Below are positions 1 through 17,533 of a DNA stretch of 64,000 bases, in pieces. Every line of letters begins with the position of its first letter. Within the stretch, counting starts at the first letter, position 1. The notes under the pieces are model-generated. The model saw nothing but the letters and a program-made list of their open reading frames with translations, was not told where the DNA came from and made no database searches. This DNA comes from Chrysomallon squamiferum (Eukaryota; Animalia; Mollusca): positions 9,796,001-9,860,000 of the forward strand of contig CM022667.1 in NCBI GenBank assembly GCA_012295275.1. The letters are read 5' to 3'. The position numbers were made by a program, and so were the translations under genes.

Positions 1-564
1 TATATTCTGCAGGTAGACTAAGTCAACGTTTAACTTGGGCAAACAACTATCACACGATTTATTATTAATAATGAATAACAACGTTGTAATTCAAATACCG
101 TAAACCTTTGCACAATTTACGAAAAATAAATCAATACATTTTCTTATTATAAAAAAATGAAATATGAGAATTAATTATATGTGGGAAAAAAAATATCCGG
201 TTATCTGAGCGTGATAGGAAGAAAAAAATGAGTACGGGAAGACAAATCAAGTCAATAAACAAATGCGTGTGCGTGTAGGAACGCACATTTATGTATACAC
301 ACACATAGGTAAACACATTCGTACATGTCATGAACTTACGTGCATACTTAATAAAAAAAAAACAAAGAAAGACAAACACAAAATTTTGATTGTGTATGCA
401 CACACGTTCGTAGTACATACATACATACATACATACCTACACAAACGTCAAATATGTATTATTATATACACACAAATGTGCACACATGTACATTTAAATG
501 TACATATACATACACAGACATACATAGATACATACAAACATACATTATATACATGCATACATAA

Positions 565-2266
<1,702 letters not shown>

Positions 2267-2333
2267 AGATAACTTACTTGTTTAAGCAGACTGATAATTG
2301 TTCCCACAACTCACAGACAGAAACACAAGAAAG

Positions 2334-2365
<32 letters not shown>

Positions 2366-2485
2366 GGGGATTTTTTTGGATTTAAATCATTGATAAATTA
2401 GTATATGCCTGGAAGAATGTCAAAATGTAAAATTTCATAGATTCTGTATTTGTGAAAAATTATTATTATTATTATTATTATTATT

Positions 2486-2526
<41 letters not shown>

Positions 2527-2790
2527 AGAATATTATTATAATTAAAAAATAAAAAATTTAAATTATTATTGTTGTTGTTGTTGTTTTGTTGTTGTAGAAT
2601 ATTATTATAATAAAAAAAAAATTTTAAATTTAATAAAATTAAAATCAGCATTCTCTCATAATTTGAGTCAAGAACACAAGGTAAACAACAACAAGAAGCA
2701 AAAAAAAAAAAAAAAATACCGAAAACAAAGAACAAGAAGCAAACAAAAAATACTGCAGCTTTATCGTAAACAATAAAGGCTTTAAAAAAA

Positions 2791-3062
2791 AAATCTTGTT
2801 TTCTATTCATTTAAAGCTTAAAGACTAAATAAACAAAATATTTTCTGTCTTTCGCATAAAATAAATCTTCCTGTTTATTTAAATCTGAAAGGACTAATTA
2901 ATATCCTTTTTGTTCCTGTTCAATGAATGGGTTATCTGAAGGGGTTAAAACAAATCTTGCTGACTGTTTACTTAAACCTCAAAAGGGTTAAATAGAAATC
3001 TTGTTTTCTGTTCATTTAAACCTTAAAGAGTTGAAGTAAATTTTCGCTGATTGTTTATTTAA
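2791..3062. repeat. Degenerate minisatellite (about 45-bp unit)
   Basis: Recurrent AAATCTTGTTTTCTRTTCATTTAAA(G/C)CTTAAAG units. Confidence 0.6.
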
Positions 3063-3314
3063 TTCCCGTCCTCTTTCAGTGGGTGTATATTTTAATGACA
3101 TACAAATCGATTCTGTAGTTTTTCGAATGTTTTTCAGCCAAACCCACGCAGCAAGTGCAACAAAACTTTGACATCAGTGTTTTAACGTTCATTAAGATTT
3201 ACACACACGCGCCCAAGTAAGACGCAACCTGTCGAGTTCGAATCTTTTGTCACTGACGTTTTAAATAAAGGTTTTATCAACTGTGAAATTTAGTTTAGAA
3301 AAAAAAAAGGTTGA

Positions 3315-3347
<33 letters not shown>

Positions 3348-5590
3348 AAGAGAAGAGCTTTACGTTGTGGATATGTTGTTTCAAAGTTTTCTTATTTTTT
3401 AAATCATGAAATGAATGCTTTTTGTCCTTTGGATACAAATGTTAGGATGCTTAATTTGTTTTTTTTCTTTAAATAAGGAATCTATAGACAGGCAGATATA
3501 TAGAGAGATAGATAAACAGAGATAGACAGATAGACAAATATGTGTACATTATATACACACGCACACTCAGACATAGACAAATATGTGTACATAAATATAT
3601 ACATACATATATACACACATACACACATACATACATACACACATACACACACACAGACACACGAGATAGAAATAAAGAAATTAAAGAACGTAGATAGAAA
3701 ACGAAGGAAACACAATTATAATTCACTGTGTGTGAGCCAGAAGGTCAGGTTTTGAATCATAGATTTTCATTTCCTAGTTTTGCAATTTAAGTATTGTAAG
3801 AAATCTGCGAGAGATAATTCCCAGCACTGCTCGTGACCTTCGTAACAACCGCTCAGAATGCGCGACCAATTCACCGCTTCCGTTGACAATAATGAAAAAG
3901 GATTAATAAAGGCATATCGTCTGAATGCGGCCAAATCATTAAAATGGTCTCTCATAGACTACGTTTATGACTGTTTTTTGTTTTTTTTAAAATTGACTAA
4001 ATTTTCCAAGTAAGTATTTAAAAAAAAAAAATAATAATAATAAAATGGTTAAATAGTACGGCTTTTGGTTGTTTTGATCTAGTTAAAAGGTCTTGACGTC
4101 ATTTTTGCAAAATTTATTATTATGATTGTTATTATTATTATTGTTGCTGTTGTTGTTGTTGTTACTGTTACTGTCGCGGGTGGTGGTGGTGGATGTTGTG
4201 TTATTTTTTGATGTGGTCGTTTTTGTTGTTATTATTACTGTTAAATATTAACTATTAAGCAAACAGGCAATTTCTCTAAACCGACTTCAAAACTTGACTC
4301 CGTTTTCTTTTTCAGTTATCATTTTTACACGATAAACGTGTAAAGCATTTGAGAAATCAGATAGATGAGATACGTTACCAAGGTAACCAAAGATAAACGT
4401 CTTTTATAAGCTTCGAAATACACACGAGTATGTAAAATTACGTCAGATCCCTTTAAGAATCCCTCTCAAGGAAGAAAGCTCTGAAAAAGCCCTCGAACAA
4501 ACTTGTTTATGACGTTTTTTCACATTAAGTAGGAGTCAAGGATCGTCTTCTTCACAGGAAAAATAATCATTTCTTTTCAAAAACAGCATTTACCGAGAAA
4601 AGATTTTCTGTCACGTTCAATGAGTTTGGCAAATACACGTTTTTATCCAGGGGTCTTAGAAATCGTTTTTGAATTGCTGTGTCTGTGCGAGCTGTAGTCG
4701 TAATGAAAATTTATTTCCCAGATGAATATATTTAAGTACATTTCTGATGATGCTAAAGTAGCTTAAAGTATGTTGCGTGCACTTTTAAATGCTTATAATT
4801 TTTAATTTAAATTTTTTTTTTTTTTTTTTTTTGTTTTTGTCATCTTTTGTTTTTTTTCTTAAAAACTAATCATCTGAAAGTCTGTGTGAACATCTATAAT
4901 TATTTGCAAACTAAATACGTATCATAAAAAGTATGTATGTATATATATATATATATATATACATATATATATTTAATAAGAAAGCGTAAATTACGTGTAT
5001 TATGAACTCAATGTTTTTAATTTGATTTTTTATTTCCAGTATCTTAGACGCGAAAACGAAGATATAATTTCTCGTCTTTATGTCGTTTCAAAATTGAAAC
5101 TTTATTCTTTGCGAAATCAATGTAAATGTTAAAAAAAAGAAAAAGAAGAAAAACAAGAAGAAGAGAGTAACAAAAAACAAATAATTAAATGAAAATACGA
5201 AAGCTTCGAAAAAAAATACATTACATTAATCTGTTTGGCCCAAATGATGTTCATACACCACACCTTAAAAAATGAATTCATTAACTTATTTCAAATTCAG
5301 TAAGAAAACGTTTTTTTCTTATGTCTAGACTCAAGTTTTTCATGTTTCTTCAAATTCAGCGAAAACTATTTTCTAATTTGAAAACTATTATAGCGTGTAA
5401 CTTTGTATAGGAGTTATTATGATTTTATATCTCTTTTTTTTTTAAAGCTGCTGATATAAATTTGATGAGGCATTTGCGCATTTTTCTTTCATCTCGAATT
5501 TTAGTGCGCAATCGATCTTTGTTATCAAGCCGCCGTAAAAACATAAAAGGTCGATGCAGTCTATAATTAAGTTAAACTTTCATGTCTTGT

Positions 5591-5636
<46 letters not shown>

Positions 5637-5882
5637 CGACGACGAAGAAAAGAAGTTGACGATAATTACAATAATAATTAAGAAAATGGTTTAAAAAGAA
5701 AAGAAGATTCGTATAAAAAGAACAATAACAACAACGAAAAGTCGGAAGAGAGAAGGCGATAATGATGACGATGATGATAAAATGATCATAATGAACCAAA
5801 AGTTAGATTATGCAGATTATTATTATTATTATTATTATTATTATTGCTATTAGTAGTAGCAGTGATAGTAGTAATAGTATTT

Positions 5883-5919
<37 letters not shown>

Positions 5920-7201
5920 GCCTGATAGTCGTAAAAAGTAGTGATTCCTGATAGTCGTAAAAAAGTGATTCATACTAGTAGTAGCAATAATCGTCGTAGT
6001 AATTGTAATCGTCATCGTAGTCGTAAACGTTGTCGTCGTAGTAGTACTATGCAGAAAAAAGGAAAAAGAAAGACAGAGACAAATTAGATGATGATGAAGA
6101 AGAAAAAAAAGAAACGAATGAAGAAGAAAACAAAGAAAAAAAAACGAAAACAAAGAAAGAAAGAAAAATAAATCGTAACACTTCTACGTTTGATATAAAT
6201 AACTGATTTTAACCGCAGTGCCAACAAAGCAATTTTTTCTTCTGTAATTGTGTCGACGTAAAATTGCTGTAACATTCTCACGAAATTACTTTCTAGTGGC
6301 AATGCGGTGAATTCTCAATTTTCCATTACGTAAACACTGGAGGACAAAATTGTTTTATTGATGCCTGTTGAGAAACGCGGGAACTCCGAAACGATATTAA
6401 TTTTCTCCATCTGACGGCAGAGCGAAAGCTTCTCGAGAACAGATTAGAGCCGATAGTCTTATGCAAGAAATCTTTGAACTAGGTGAATGGGTGAACCAGC
6501 GTAAAGGAAACGAATGACTGATGGAAATATGGAATTAGATTGCAGCCGAGAGGGGTGTTGTTGAATATCGTAAAGAACAACAACAACAACAAAAAAAAAA
6601 AAAAAAAAAAAAATGCAGGAAGAAATCAGAACGAAAAGAAAATGTTTATTTTTCTGTTTGTTCCTTTTTGTTTATTTTTCTTTTTTTTTTTTTTTTTTTT
6701 TTTTTTTTCTTCTTAGTTGTTTTGTTATTATTATTTTATTATAATTTTTGTCGGTTTAGTTTTCATATTAATCGCTGAAAAGTTGGTTTATCTGTAATTA
6801 ATATCGCTTAAAATGTCGATAATTGTTGTCGTTGTCGTCGTCGTCGTTATTATTTTTGTTATTGTTGTCGTTGTCGTTGTCGTCATTATTAATAGCACAT
6901 CGTTGTAGTTCAGCTGGATAAATGAATGTAGTAGTACTCTGAACTGTCAAATAACGAAATTCTCCGAAATATTCCGAACAGCCAAATTACGCCAACAGTA
7001 GAATTACGTCATCAAGAAAAGCGGACTAGACAGCGATCGATTTTAACACTTTTTTAAAGCAAATTTTCTATTATTAGTAGTAGTAGTAGTAGTTGTAGTA
7101 GTAGTAGTGGTGTAATAGTAGCAGTTATAGTAATAAATGTGCACGCATACAGACATATATATATATATACATATTAACACATATACAAACACACACACAC
7201 A

Positions 7202-7279
<78 letters not shown>

Positions 7280-8268
7280 GACAAACAGACAAGTGTCTAA
7301 GACAACAGATAGTAATATCTTTAGGGGATTCTGCAATAAAGTACATGTTGCCTTGGTTACAGATGGAGATATATTCTATCCCGTTATTACAGACTATTTT
7401 CTTACCGAATCCGTTTACGGAAATGAAAATAGTTTTGTTCTGCTGCTGAAAGGATTCCTCTGCAGACGAGTTTAATGATATAATGTACTGTAATGATTCG
7501 ATTATCACTGCCCAAGCAGATTTCTCCAACCCTCGTTATTGTCTTTATACTGCGTTTTCTTTTCTTTTCTTTTCTTATTATGCTCGTTTTTTTTCTTTTA
7601 CATTTAGTTTCATATTTGTCGTGTTTTTATGGGTGTTTGTGATATAATTCCTGATTTTAGTCTAAGTCAGCTAAAATAATTTGTTGCTTTTTTTTTATGG
7701 TTCATTCAGTGGCAGCCTGTTTTAAAAGAATAAGAGAATTAATTTTTGCACTTCTTAGTATACACACAAGCACAGAAACACACACAAGCACACACACACA
7801 CACACACTGATTGTATATTTACAAAAATAAATATGGACACACACAAACACTCAAAATCAGACACCATATATACATTTGGATACACACACACATATATATA
7901 CATACAACATACAGCCCATATACATACGGGATGCATACATACATACATACATACACAAAAACACATAAAATACACACATTGTATTATGTAAAAAAGCAGG
8001 TATCATAATTATAGCAGTAGCTGTTACAGGAAATTGAAATATGAATAATTCTCAATGCATCTTCAAACCCAACAGTCTCAGATCTTATGTCTGGCATATG
8101 GTATGTGTGAAGCTTGTTTTTCCCTCACTTTAACTAAACAGGGAAGGTGAAATTAAATATCCGAGTATGATAAGCGCATGTTTGTGTTTCCAAACATAAA
8201 TAAATTCTAAGTTGTCGTTATTATCAAATAATAATAATAATGATGATGATAATAATAAGAACAGTAAC

Positions 8269-8304
<36 letters not shown>

Positions 8305-8378
8305 CATAATAATAATAATAATAATAAAAATTAAATAAATAAATAAATGAATAAATAAATTAAATAATAATAATAATG

Positions 8379-8419
<41 letters not shown>

Positions 8420-9717
8420 AATAAATAAATAAATAAATTAAATAAATGGTTGTAGTTGATGTTGGTTTTTAGCTGTTAGTGTCTAAATGTACAACAGTAA
8501 CTGTCTGTATTTCTGTAATTATGTATGTTTTCGTGTGTTAATGCGCATTTTGATGTTTTTTAAATCCTTATTCTTAAATAAAAATGAAATTAAACTAATC
8601 TAATTTGTTCTTGACAAAAATTCAAAACTCGTTTAATACCTTTGCTCCAAAATCTAATTCCTTCTTTTAAAGAATTTTTGAAGTATTATGAAACCATTGA
8701 AATACATACAAGATCAAGGATCATAATTTTATGAAACCTTTGGTGAAAACAAAACAAGAAAATACGTTATAGAAAAAGAAGAAAAAAAGGAAATAAGATA
8801 AGAAATAAAAGAGAAAACCACCAAAAAGATGGAATAAAAGAAAAAAGAGAGAAAGAAAAATAATGAAGAAGAAAGAAAAGGTGAGAAAGAAAAAAATAGA
8901 ATATAAGAAAACGAGGGTTAAGAAAAAAGATTAAAAAATTAAGAAAGAAAGAAAAAGAAAATTAAGAATGAAAGAAAAAAGAAGAAAAAGGAAGTAGCAA
9001 AGAAATAAGGTAAGACTTTAAGAATTAAGACATAAATAACGAAGGAATAGAATAGACAGAAAAAAATATATAATATAAGAAAAAAGTGAACGAAACACTA
9101 AAAAGGTATAATAATGAAAAAAAAAAAATTATAAAAATAATAATAAAATAAAAATAACTAACTAAATAAAGGAATTATTATAGAAAAAAAAAATTAAAAG
9201 ATCAAATATCATTTCTACAATAAAACAAATTCAGTGTAGTTTATTCTTATCTAAATAATAATAACGACAACGACAACAACAACAACAACAACAACAACAC
9301 TAACATTAATAATAATAAATCGGTGAGTGACATTTACTCTAAAACACGCGCCAGTTTCAAAATATTCACGAAAATAAACTATTATTGTCTCGGAGTCACG
9401 CATCGCTATTTTCGCGTACAATTAATTATTCAGTATTTTCCTGACTTTCCACCAGTCTCTGATTCAATCTTGGTCACCCATCCCCGTTTCTCTTTCTCCG
9501 TCTCATCAGTTCTGTACCACAGATGCGTTTGATGAAATATAACCCAAACGAAAGCTAGTCATCGAGTTCAAATAAACATCTGCACGGTTACGGATTTATA
9601 GCCAGTGGCTGTTTGATAATTGATTGTGTTTGCAGTATGTAAGTTCGCCAAGTCAAGTACAGTTTATTTTTTATTGTTTGGCTTTGGTTGAACTGTCTGA
9701 TTCTCTCTCTCTCTCTG

Positions 9718-9767
<50 letters not shown>

Positions 9768-10596
9768 ATATTATACGTATATCATATATAAATGCATACA
9801 TACACAAACATACGTACATACATATATACATAAATACATACAGACACACACACATCCATACCGTTCAAACAAACACACATATATACATACATACATACAC
9901 CGAAAAATAGTAATAAAAATAACTTTTATATTATACGTATCAACTGCCGTTACAACAGTGGACTATTAGCGTATTAAATAACGTTACAACAAAAGTGGAT
10001 TATTTCGTGACCTACGAGACCATGTTGTAACGTATTACGTGGACGTACTAGAAATGTAACTGTACGAGTCGCCGTTAAAACAAATTCCTCTGAGATGGCA
10101 GATATGGGCTTCCGTACAAAACGAAGCCCTGTTAGGAAAATCAAGATTAATATTATCATGCAATTCCTCTGAGAGAAATATTCCTTTTTGTCTTGTACTC
10201 GGGTTTTCTAGAATACAAAACGTCTTTGTTTTATTTCTTTCTACGTCTTTTCTTTTCTTAGTGCGTTCCTTTCTTCTTCTTTATTTCTGTTTTTTTTTTC
10301 TTTTTTTCTGAACTATTGTAATGACAATGTAATGGATTTTTGTTTTCAGCAGTCATTTTCAATCAATAAAGTGTCGTCAGTCTAGTAACATTTAGAAAAT
10401 AACTAGCAAAGAAAAGAAATTATAACAAAAAAATTACTATAGAAAAAAAGAAAGAAAACAAAAACAAACCCAAATAGACTGTTCTCGACAAAACAAAACT
10501 TTGATATATGTAAAAAGCAACATCATACGTAACCATGACAATTATAATGATGATTACGACGACAACGACGATAAATAATAATAATAATAATAATAA

Positions 10597-10627
<31 letters not shown>

Positions 10628-12195
10628 AAGAAGAAGAAGAAGAAGAAGAAGAAGAAGAAGAAGAAATATTAAAAAAACAACAAATGATGAATACTAATAA
10701 TAGCTGTAAATCTAAATAATAACTGTATATCTGTTTGCACGTATGTCTTTGTGCGTAAGCGTGTATGTATGTCTGTGTCTATTAGTGGACGTATAGCGTA
10801 CGTACTTTTAGTTGAGTCAACAGACAGTTCATTTTGAAAGTATTTTTCACAGTAAACAATACAACAAACGCATCATGCTCACTAAGGACTAATTATCTTG
10901 GTTAACACGTAGATGACAAACGCACAACAGACCCAACAAGGAGATCCTTGTAGAATTTTAATTATTGAAATGCCGATCAGAGGCTATTGTTAAAAATACA
11001 ACAAAAAAACACCAAAACAAACAACAAAAAACAAAAAACGACTAGAATACACATCTTAGTTAATAATTCATCGACTGCTATATCAAAGAGATGGGTTAAT
11101 AGTACAAAAGTGATACAGAAAGAAGGATTCAGAAACGATGTTGATGATGATGATGATGAGATGATGGTAATGATGAACAGGGAGGAAGAGCAGACAGTAA
11201 TGTTATTGTATATTCAGTGATTGTGGTTCAAGTTTTCCTTTTGTTATGAAAATTAATAAACATACTAATTATTTTCTTCTTCTCAGATGGTGTTAGCTGA
11301 ATCAGTGCACAGATAGTTATGGATATGTCGTGTGTGTGCGTATGTGCGTAAGTGCGTGCGTGTTTGCCAGTATGGATACTAACAAACACAATTTATCGCA
11401 ATTTAAAATTCACACTGCATATATAAAAAAAAAATAACCCAGACAATTAATCTGATTCATTTTCCAGCACTACATAACTGCGATGTGTTTTCATTTCTGT
11501 TAAAGCATAGAATTCGTGGCAGTCTAACATTATTACGTACCATACTGTTCATTTCTTTTCAAGGGATCGCTATCAAAATGTCACACACGGAACTCCTGCC
11601 AGCAATTATAATGATATATTTGAAAAAAAACCTTTAAATAAAGTAACGAATTATGCAACAGCACAGCACATAATAGACTTAAAAAAATTAAAATAAGAGT
11701 GAAATGAGATCTTGTTTATAAGCTTCACAGAAAGATAGATAGATATATATATATATTTTTATTTTTGTACTTTGGTCTTTTTTTGTCTGTTTGTCTGTGT
11801 TATCTCTGTGCCACTTGCTGTGAACAGGAGAGAACTTTAAAAGAAGACGAGAACAAAACTTTTTTTTATCAAACGTTATCAACAAATCGGGACTCGTTGC
11901 TATATGGTGGAAAAACAAAACACAACAAGAATAAACCAGCGATAACGAGAAATAATTGAGAAAAAAAACACATTTTGCAAAGAGTTTTATCAATATTCAT
12001 GTATAACTGAAGTTGTAAACATTATTTTTTTTATGTTTGTTTGGAGGGGTCCAGGTTGTAATTTCTTTTTTTCTATCTTGTAATTGAATGAAATGTATAA
12101 TTATACAGGAATATGATTCGGGGAAGATTGATGTACGAAAATAAAAAGTGAAAATGACAGAAATAATGTTTTAAACAAGGAAAGAAGTAAAGAAA

Positions 12196-12277
<82 letters not shown>

Positions 12278-12579
12278 TGATTCACAGAATGAACAAATGA
12301 AACAAGGAAAGCGGGTGTAATTGTAATGTAATCACGTTAGACACTTTAAAAAAATCTATAGTAGGTCAGATCTCATGTGTTTTTCACTGCGCAGTATTAA
12401 TAATAAATGAACATTTTAAGACTTCTCCTTTCTCTTCATCTATCATTGATACAAAGTAACGTAAATGTCCATCTCCATTCATTTGCTAAGCCATATAGAT
12501 TATTGTATATCATCAACAACAATACACACACAAACAGATACAGAAAGACATTCATACATACACAGTTCAGTATATTCTC

Positions 12580-12705
<126 letters not shown>

Positions 12706-12709
12706 ACTC

Positions 12710-13571
12710 TTAGTTACATTAAAAATTAAATGTGGTGCTTCAAGAAAAAATACTCGTAAACATACGTGTCCTTGGCTCAAGTATACATCTCATAAAACGA
12801 ACGAAAAATGTCCAGTTTCTGAAGTGCTACTTACAAAAAGGATGAAGTATTCACTCAGCTGCTGAAGTGAAGAGTCTTTCTGTTTCGTTGTTTAATTGTA
12901 TTTGAAGAAAAAAAGACGTGGCTATGTTGTGGTTGAATTGTCAACTTGTCTGCGACACTTGATGAGAAATAAAAAGAAAACTAGATTGGAAAGAGAAAAT
13001 GAAAAAGATGCTACAGCAATTGATAAATGAACTGTTATTATGATTTGTAAACTTGAAACTGTATGTTTTGTTGTCAGCAAGACTTTATATTCTTCTTCGT
13101 CTTTTCTTTTTCTTCTTCTTCTTCTTCGTCATCTTCTCTTCATCATCATCATCATCATCATTTTAATAATTATTACTGTTTTAAGTTATGTTACGACAGC
13201 TGGACTATATATACCACAGACGGGAAGGAATATAAATCAGTTGTTCGAACGGGAATTATTCCAATGAGCAAGACAGATCCTGTGACTTACTATATAGTAT
13301 TATATCACACACTATAAATGTTTATAGTTTGCGTGCATGTTTGTGTCACTGTGTGTACAGACACCATTCACAAGACTGAAAACTACAAGCTGCAGGCGAT
13401 GGATAAAAAAATATTAATGATTTGTCAGGAACATCCAAAGACAAATAACAGTCCTGTGCAGAGGATTTATGCTTCAACTTACTACTCAGCTCTGTTGCTG
13501 AGTTACAACACACTTTATCAGTAAATCAAATTATCTATCTATGTCTCTATCTATCTATCTATCTATCTATA

Positions 13572-13622
<51 letters not shown>

Positions 13623-15681
13623 GTGTGAGTCTCTGTCTATTTATTTCTCTATCTCTCTGTCTATCCTTGTCTCAGTTTCTCTCTCTCTCTCTCTTTATCT
13701 GTCTATCTGCCTATTTGTTTATTTCATATCATCATTTTAATTACTATTAATTATTGTTGATTATTTGTACTGCTACTACATCTACTACTAGTGCTACTAG
13801 TTATCATCATTATGATCGTAATCATCATTTTAGGATTGGACAAACACAGAAATGGTGAATATAAAATCTATAAACCATACATATCTCACTGACAAAAAAA
13901 GAGAAGCTATTTTCAACTCGATACAAGCTATTTTAGCGAATCTGGTCTGTCTTTTAACATGTTCCGTCTGTTGAACAAAGCATCCAGCAACCTCATCTAT
14001 CGAATTCGGCTTCAGAAACTTTACAGATGTTCGACAAATTACACTGTCGACGGGTTAAAAACAAAACTGTTACGACAGTCGTAACCTCTTCTACAGTTTC
14101 CTGCAGTGACGGAACTCGGTGAGTTTCATTAACCTTTTGTAAAATCGGTGAAAGTTATCAAATGTTTGATAACAGTCAGCTATGAGAAAGAAAAATTAAT
14201 TAATATCAAGGAAATGAGTGCTAATTCGTGGGCAGAATGATGTAAAATATGTAAGCTGGTTTTATTTCAAAAGTGTACGCATTTACTATCGACTTACTAC
14301 CGATCTCGTTCGTCCTGTTGTTCTAGTTCTATATTTTTCAATCTTTCTTTGTCTGTCGTCTTCCTTCTTTCTTTCGTTCTCTCTCTGGTAGTAGTAGTAG
14401 TAGTAGCAGTAGTAGTAGTAGTAGCAGTAGTAGTTATAATAATAGTAGCAGAAGTAGTAATAGTAGTAGCAGCAGTAGTAGTAGTAGAGGTGGTGGTGGT
14501 GATGATGGCAGTGGTGGTCATTGTAGTTGTAGTTGTAGTATTCAATAATAGAAGTAGTAGTAGCAGCAGCAGTATCAGTAGTGGTACCAGTTGTAATGGT
14601 GGTTGTAGTAATAATAATAGTAGTAGTAGTAGTAGCAGCTGCAAAAGTAGTAATAATGGTGGTAGTAGTAGCAGTAATAGTAGTAATAATAGTGGCAGTA
14701 GCTGTCGTAGTAGTAGTAGTAGTAGTATCTGGGTTAGCAGATTTCCTTTAACGTTAGTTAATATTTTGTTTTGTTTTTAAACCACTATGAAAAAGGACAC
14801 GTGTACTAGAAGGGTTATGATAAATACCGAATCTGTACAGCATCTGAAGAATAAATAGAACGAATAAATAAATAAATCTATACTTACGTATCAGGTTTCT
14901 AACTACAAGGCCAACTGGTCAATACAAAACTGTTTCTGCCCGGATTTAACAGCGTCAGTGCAAGAGAACAATGAGATGACGTCACACGAAGGTCGTTGCG
15001 TCACGTAACAGATGTCGCGGGTTAGGGTCATTATTATAATTAATACCACCGAGGGTCGGATAATAAGGAAATATGTGTCAAGCTTTAGTATAAGCATGAA
15101 ATTCTTTGAATAACTATGTTTGTGATTTTTTTTATCGTACAGAAACTGGATTTTAAACTAATTATGTGATCTCTTTCTCTCTTTCTTCTATCTATATATC
15201 TCTCACTCTCAGTTTCTCTCTGTCTGTGTTATACGCATGCTGACAAATACAAACTAGTTTTACATACATATACGTACGTACATGCCTAAACAGACACGGA
15301 CAGACAAACATACACATAACTATCTGCCTACCTACCTACCTACCTACCTACCTTCATACATACAGGCATACATACATACATACATACATACAAAGATGCA
15401 TTCCAGTATATAGTGATTTGCTTTGATCATATAATAATTATATCCGGTGTCCCATTCTGTCTAATTAAACAAAGCGCCCGTTCAGTTTTTTTTTTTTTTT
15501 GGAACCACGCCTGGCCATATCTCAAATATCAGTTTTACGTTAGTGAAAACCGCGAAATCAATAGATGCTGCAGTGAACAAAATAAAATAAATAAATAAAT
15601 AAATAAATAAATAAAAAAATAAAAATAAAAATAAAAATAAAAATAAAAAATAAAAATAAAAATAAAAATAAAAATAAAAAA

Positions 15682-15713
<32 letters not shown>

Positions 15714-15729
15714 CAACAATATTAATAAC

Positions 15730-15764
<35 letters not shown>

Positions 15765-16731
15765 AATATATAGAGATAGACAGACAGACAGACAGGCAGA
15801 TAGATAGATAAATAGATAGATAGATAGACAGACAGTTAGATAGTTAGATAGATAGATAGTTAAATAGACAGATTAATACATAAATAACCTGATTTTCTGA
15901 TAAACCGGGAGCATGTTGTAAGAACGTAAATCCTCTGCACAGGACTGTTATTTGTCTTTGGATGTTCCTGACAAATCATTCATATTTTGTTTATCCATCG
16001 CCTGCAGCTTGTACTTTTCAGTCTTGTGAATGGAGTCTGTACACCCAGTGACACAAACATACACGCAGACTAGAGCAGTCTATAGTGTGTGATATAATAC
16101 TATATAGCAAGTCACAGGATCTGTCGTGCTCATTGGAATAATTCCCGTTCCAACAACTGATTAATATTCCTTCCCGTCTGTGGTATATATAGTCCAGCTG
16201 TCGTAACATAACTTAAAACGGTAATAATTATTAAAATGATGATGAGGAGAAGGAGGAGGAGGAGGAGGAAGAGGAAGAGGAAGAAGAAGAAGAAAAAGAA
16301 GAAAACAAAGAAGAAGAATATAAAGTTTTGCTGACAACAAAACATAATTTATTTATCAGTTATTTTTGTTTTTTCTGGGGGGTTAGGGGCTATTCTTAAT
16401 TCTTGTTTTTTTTTTTTTCCCCTTTATTTCTCCTTTTATTATTATTTTTTTTTTTTTTTGCTTTTTCTATCCAATCTTGTTTTCTTTTTATTTCCCATGA
16501 CAATTCAACCACAACATAGCCACGTCTTTTTTCTTCAAATACAATTAAACAACGAAACAGAAAGACTCTTCACTTCAACAGCTGAATGAATACTTCATCC
16601 TTTTTGTAAGTAGCACTTCAGAAACTGGACATTTTTCGTTCGTTTTATGAGATGTATACTTGAGCCAAGGACACGTATGTTTACGAGCTTTTTTTTCTTG
16701 AAGCACCACATTTATTTTTGAATGTAACTAA
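12710..16731. repeat. Long inverted repeat pair 2 (arms about 12710-13620 and 15730-16731)
   Basis: 12710-12943 is a near-perfect reverse complement of 16498-16731, and 13063-13470 of 15926-16346. The ORF track shows matching spurious peptides on opposite strands. The inner ends are (TCTA)n and (TAGA)n. Confidence 0.93.
14387..14727. repeat. Imperfect (TAG/CAG/TGG)n microsatellite
   Basis: GTA/GCA/GTG triplet tract; source of the poly-V/S/L/T spurious ORFs. Confidence 0.9.
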
Positions 16732-17533
16732 ACGTGATGTTTACATGGTCGTGCTCAAAGCACGGGATGTTGCAGTATTCTCTCCTCTCTACGGTGATGT
16801 TAGCATGTTTCTGCTTAAACTGCTGGCCATCGTAAGCTCTGATCTGTCCTAAGACTTAACAAATCTAAAGTGTAATGACCAGGCTTTTGAAAACCTTGTC
16901 GTGGAAAAGGCAAAATTTAATGCATAACCGGTTATATATTACGATAGTGTGTTCTCTCCCTCTGTCTGTTTCTCTATCTGTCTCTTTCTGTATGTGTGCC
17001 TGGCCTCTATCTGTCTGTCTGTCTGATCCTGGCTGTCTGTTTGTCTCTGTCTCTGTCTGTCTGTTTGTCTGCTGACTGTATTGTTGTCTCTCTGTGTATG
17101 TCTCTCTCTGTCTCTGTCTGTCTGAACATGTCTGCCTGTCTCTGTGTCTGTGTGTCTCTGTCTGTCTGCCTCTCTGTCTGTCTCTCTGCCTCTCCCTCTC
17201 TTTTTTTTTTTTTGCTTTGGTCGTAATTGTAATAATCTGACAGAAACATAATTACATCCAGTGCACACACAGTACAGTATTCTAGCTTGTCTGGTTAAGA
17301 CAGCGTGCTTTAGTGAATCAGTTAGAGAGAAGAATGAAATAAAAAATCCAGTGTCAGTTCACGAACCAGAGACCAGCGTGGATCACAGGCATCGCTTAAC
17401 CAATACACAAGACTGGTTTCTAATCGCTGTTATTACTTTCATCATTTACTACGTTTCATAATATTTATAAGCAGAGAAAAAAAAAAAAAATAATAATAAT
17501 AATAAAAATAAAGAACTCAAATAATTGACTTAC

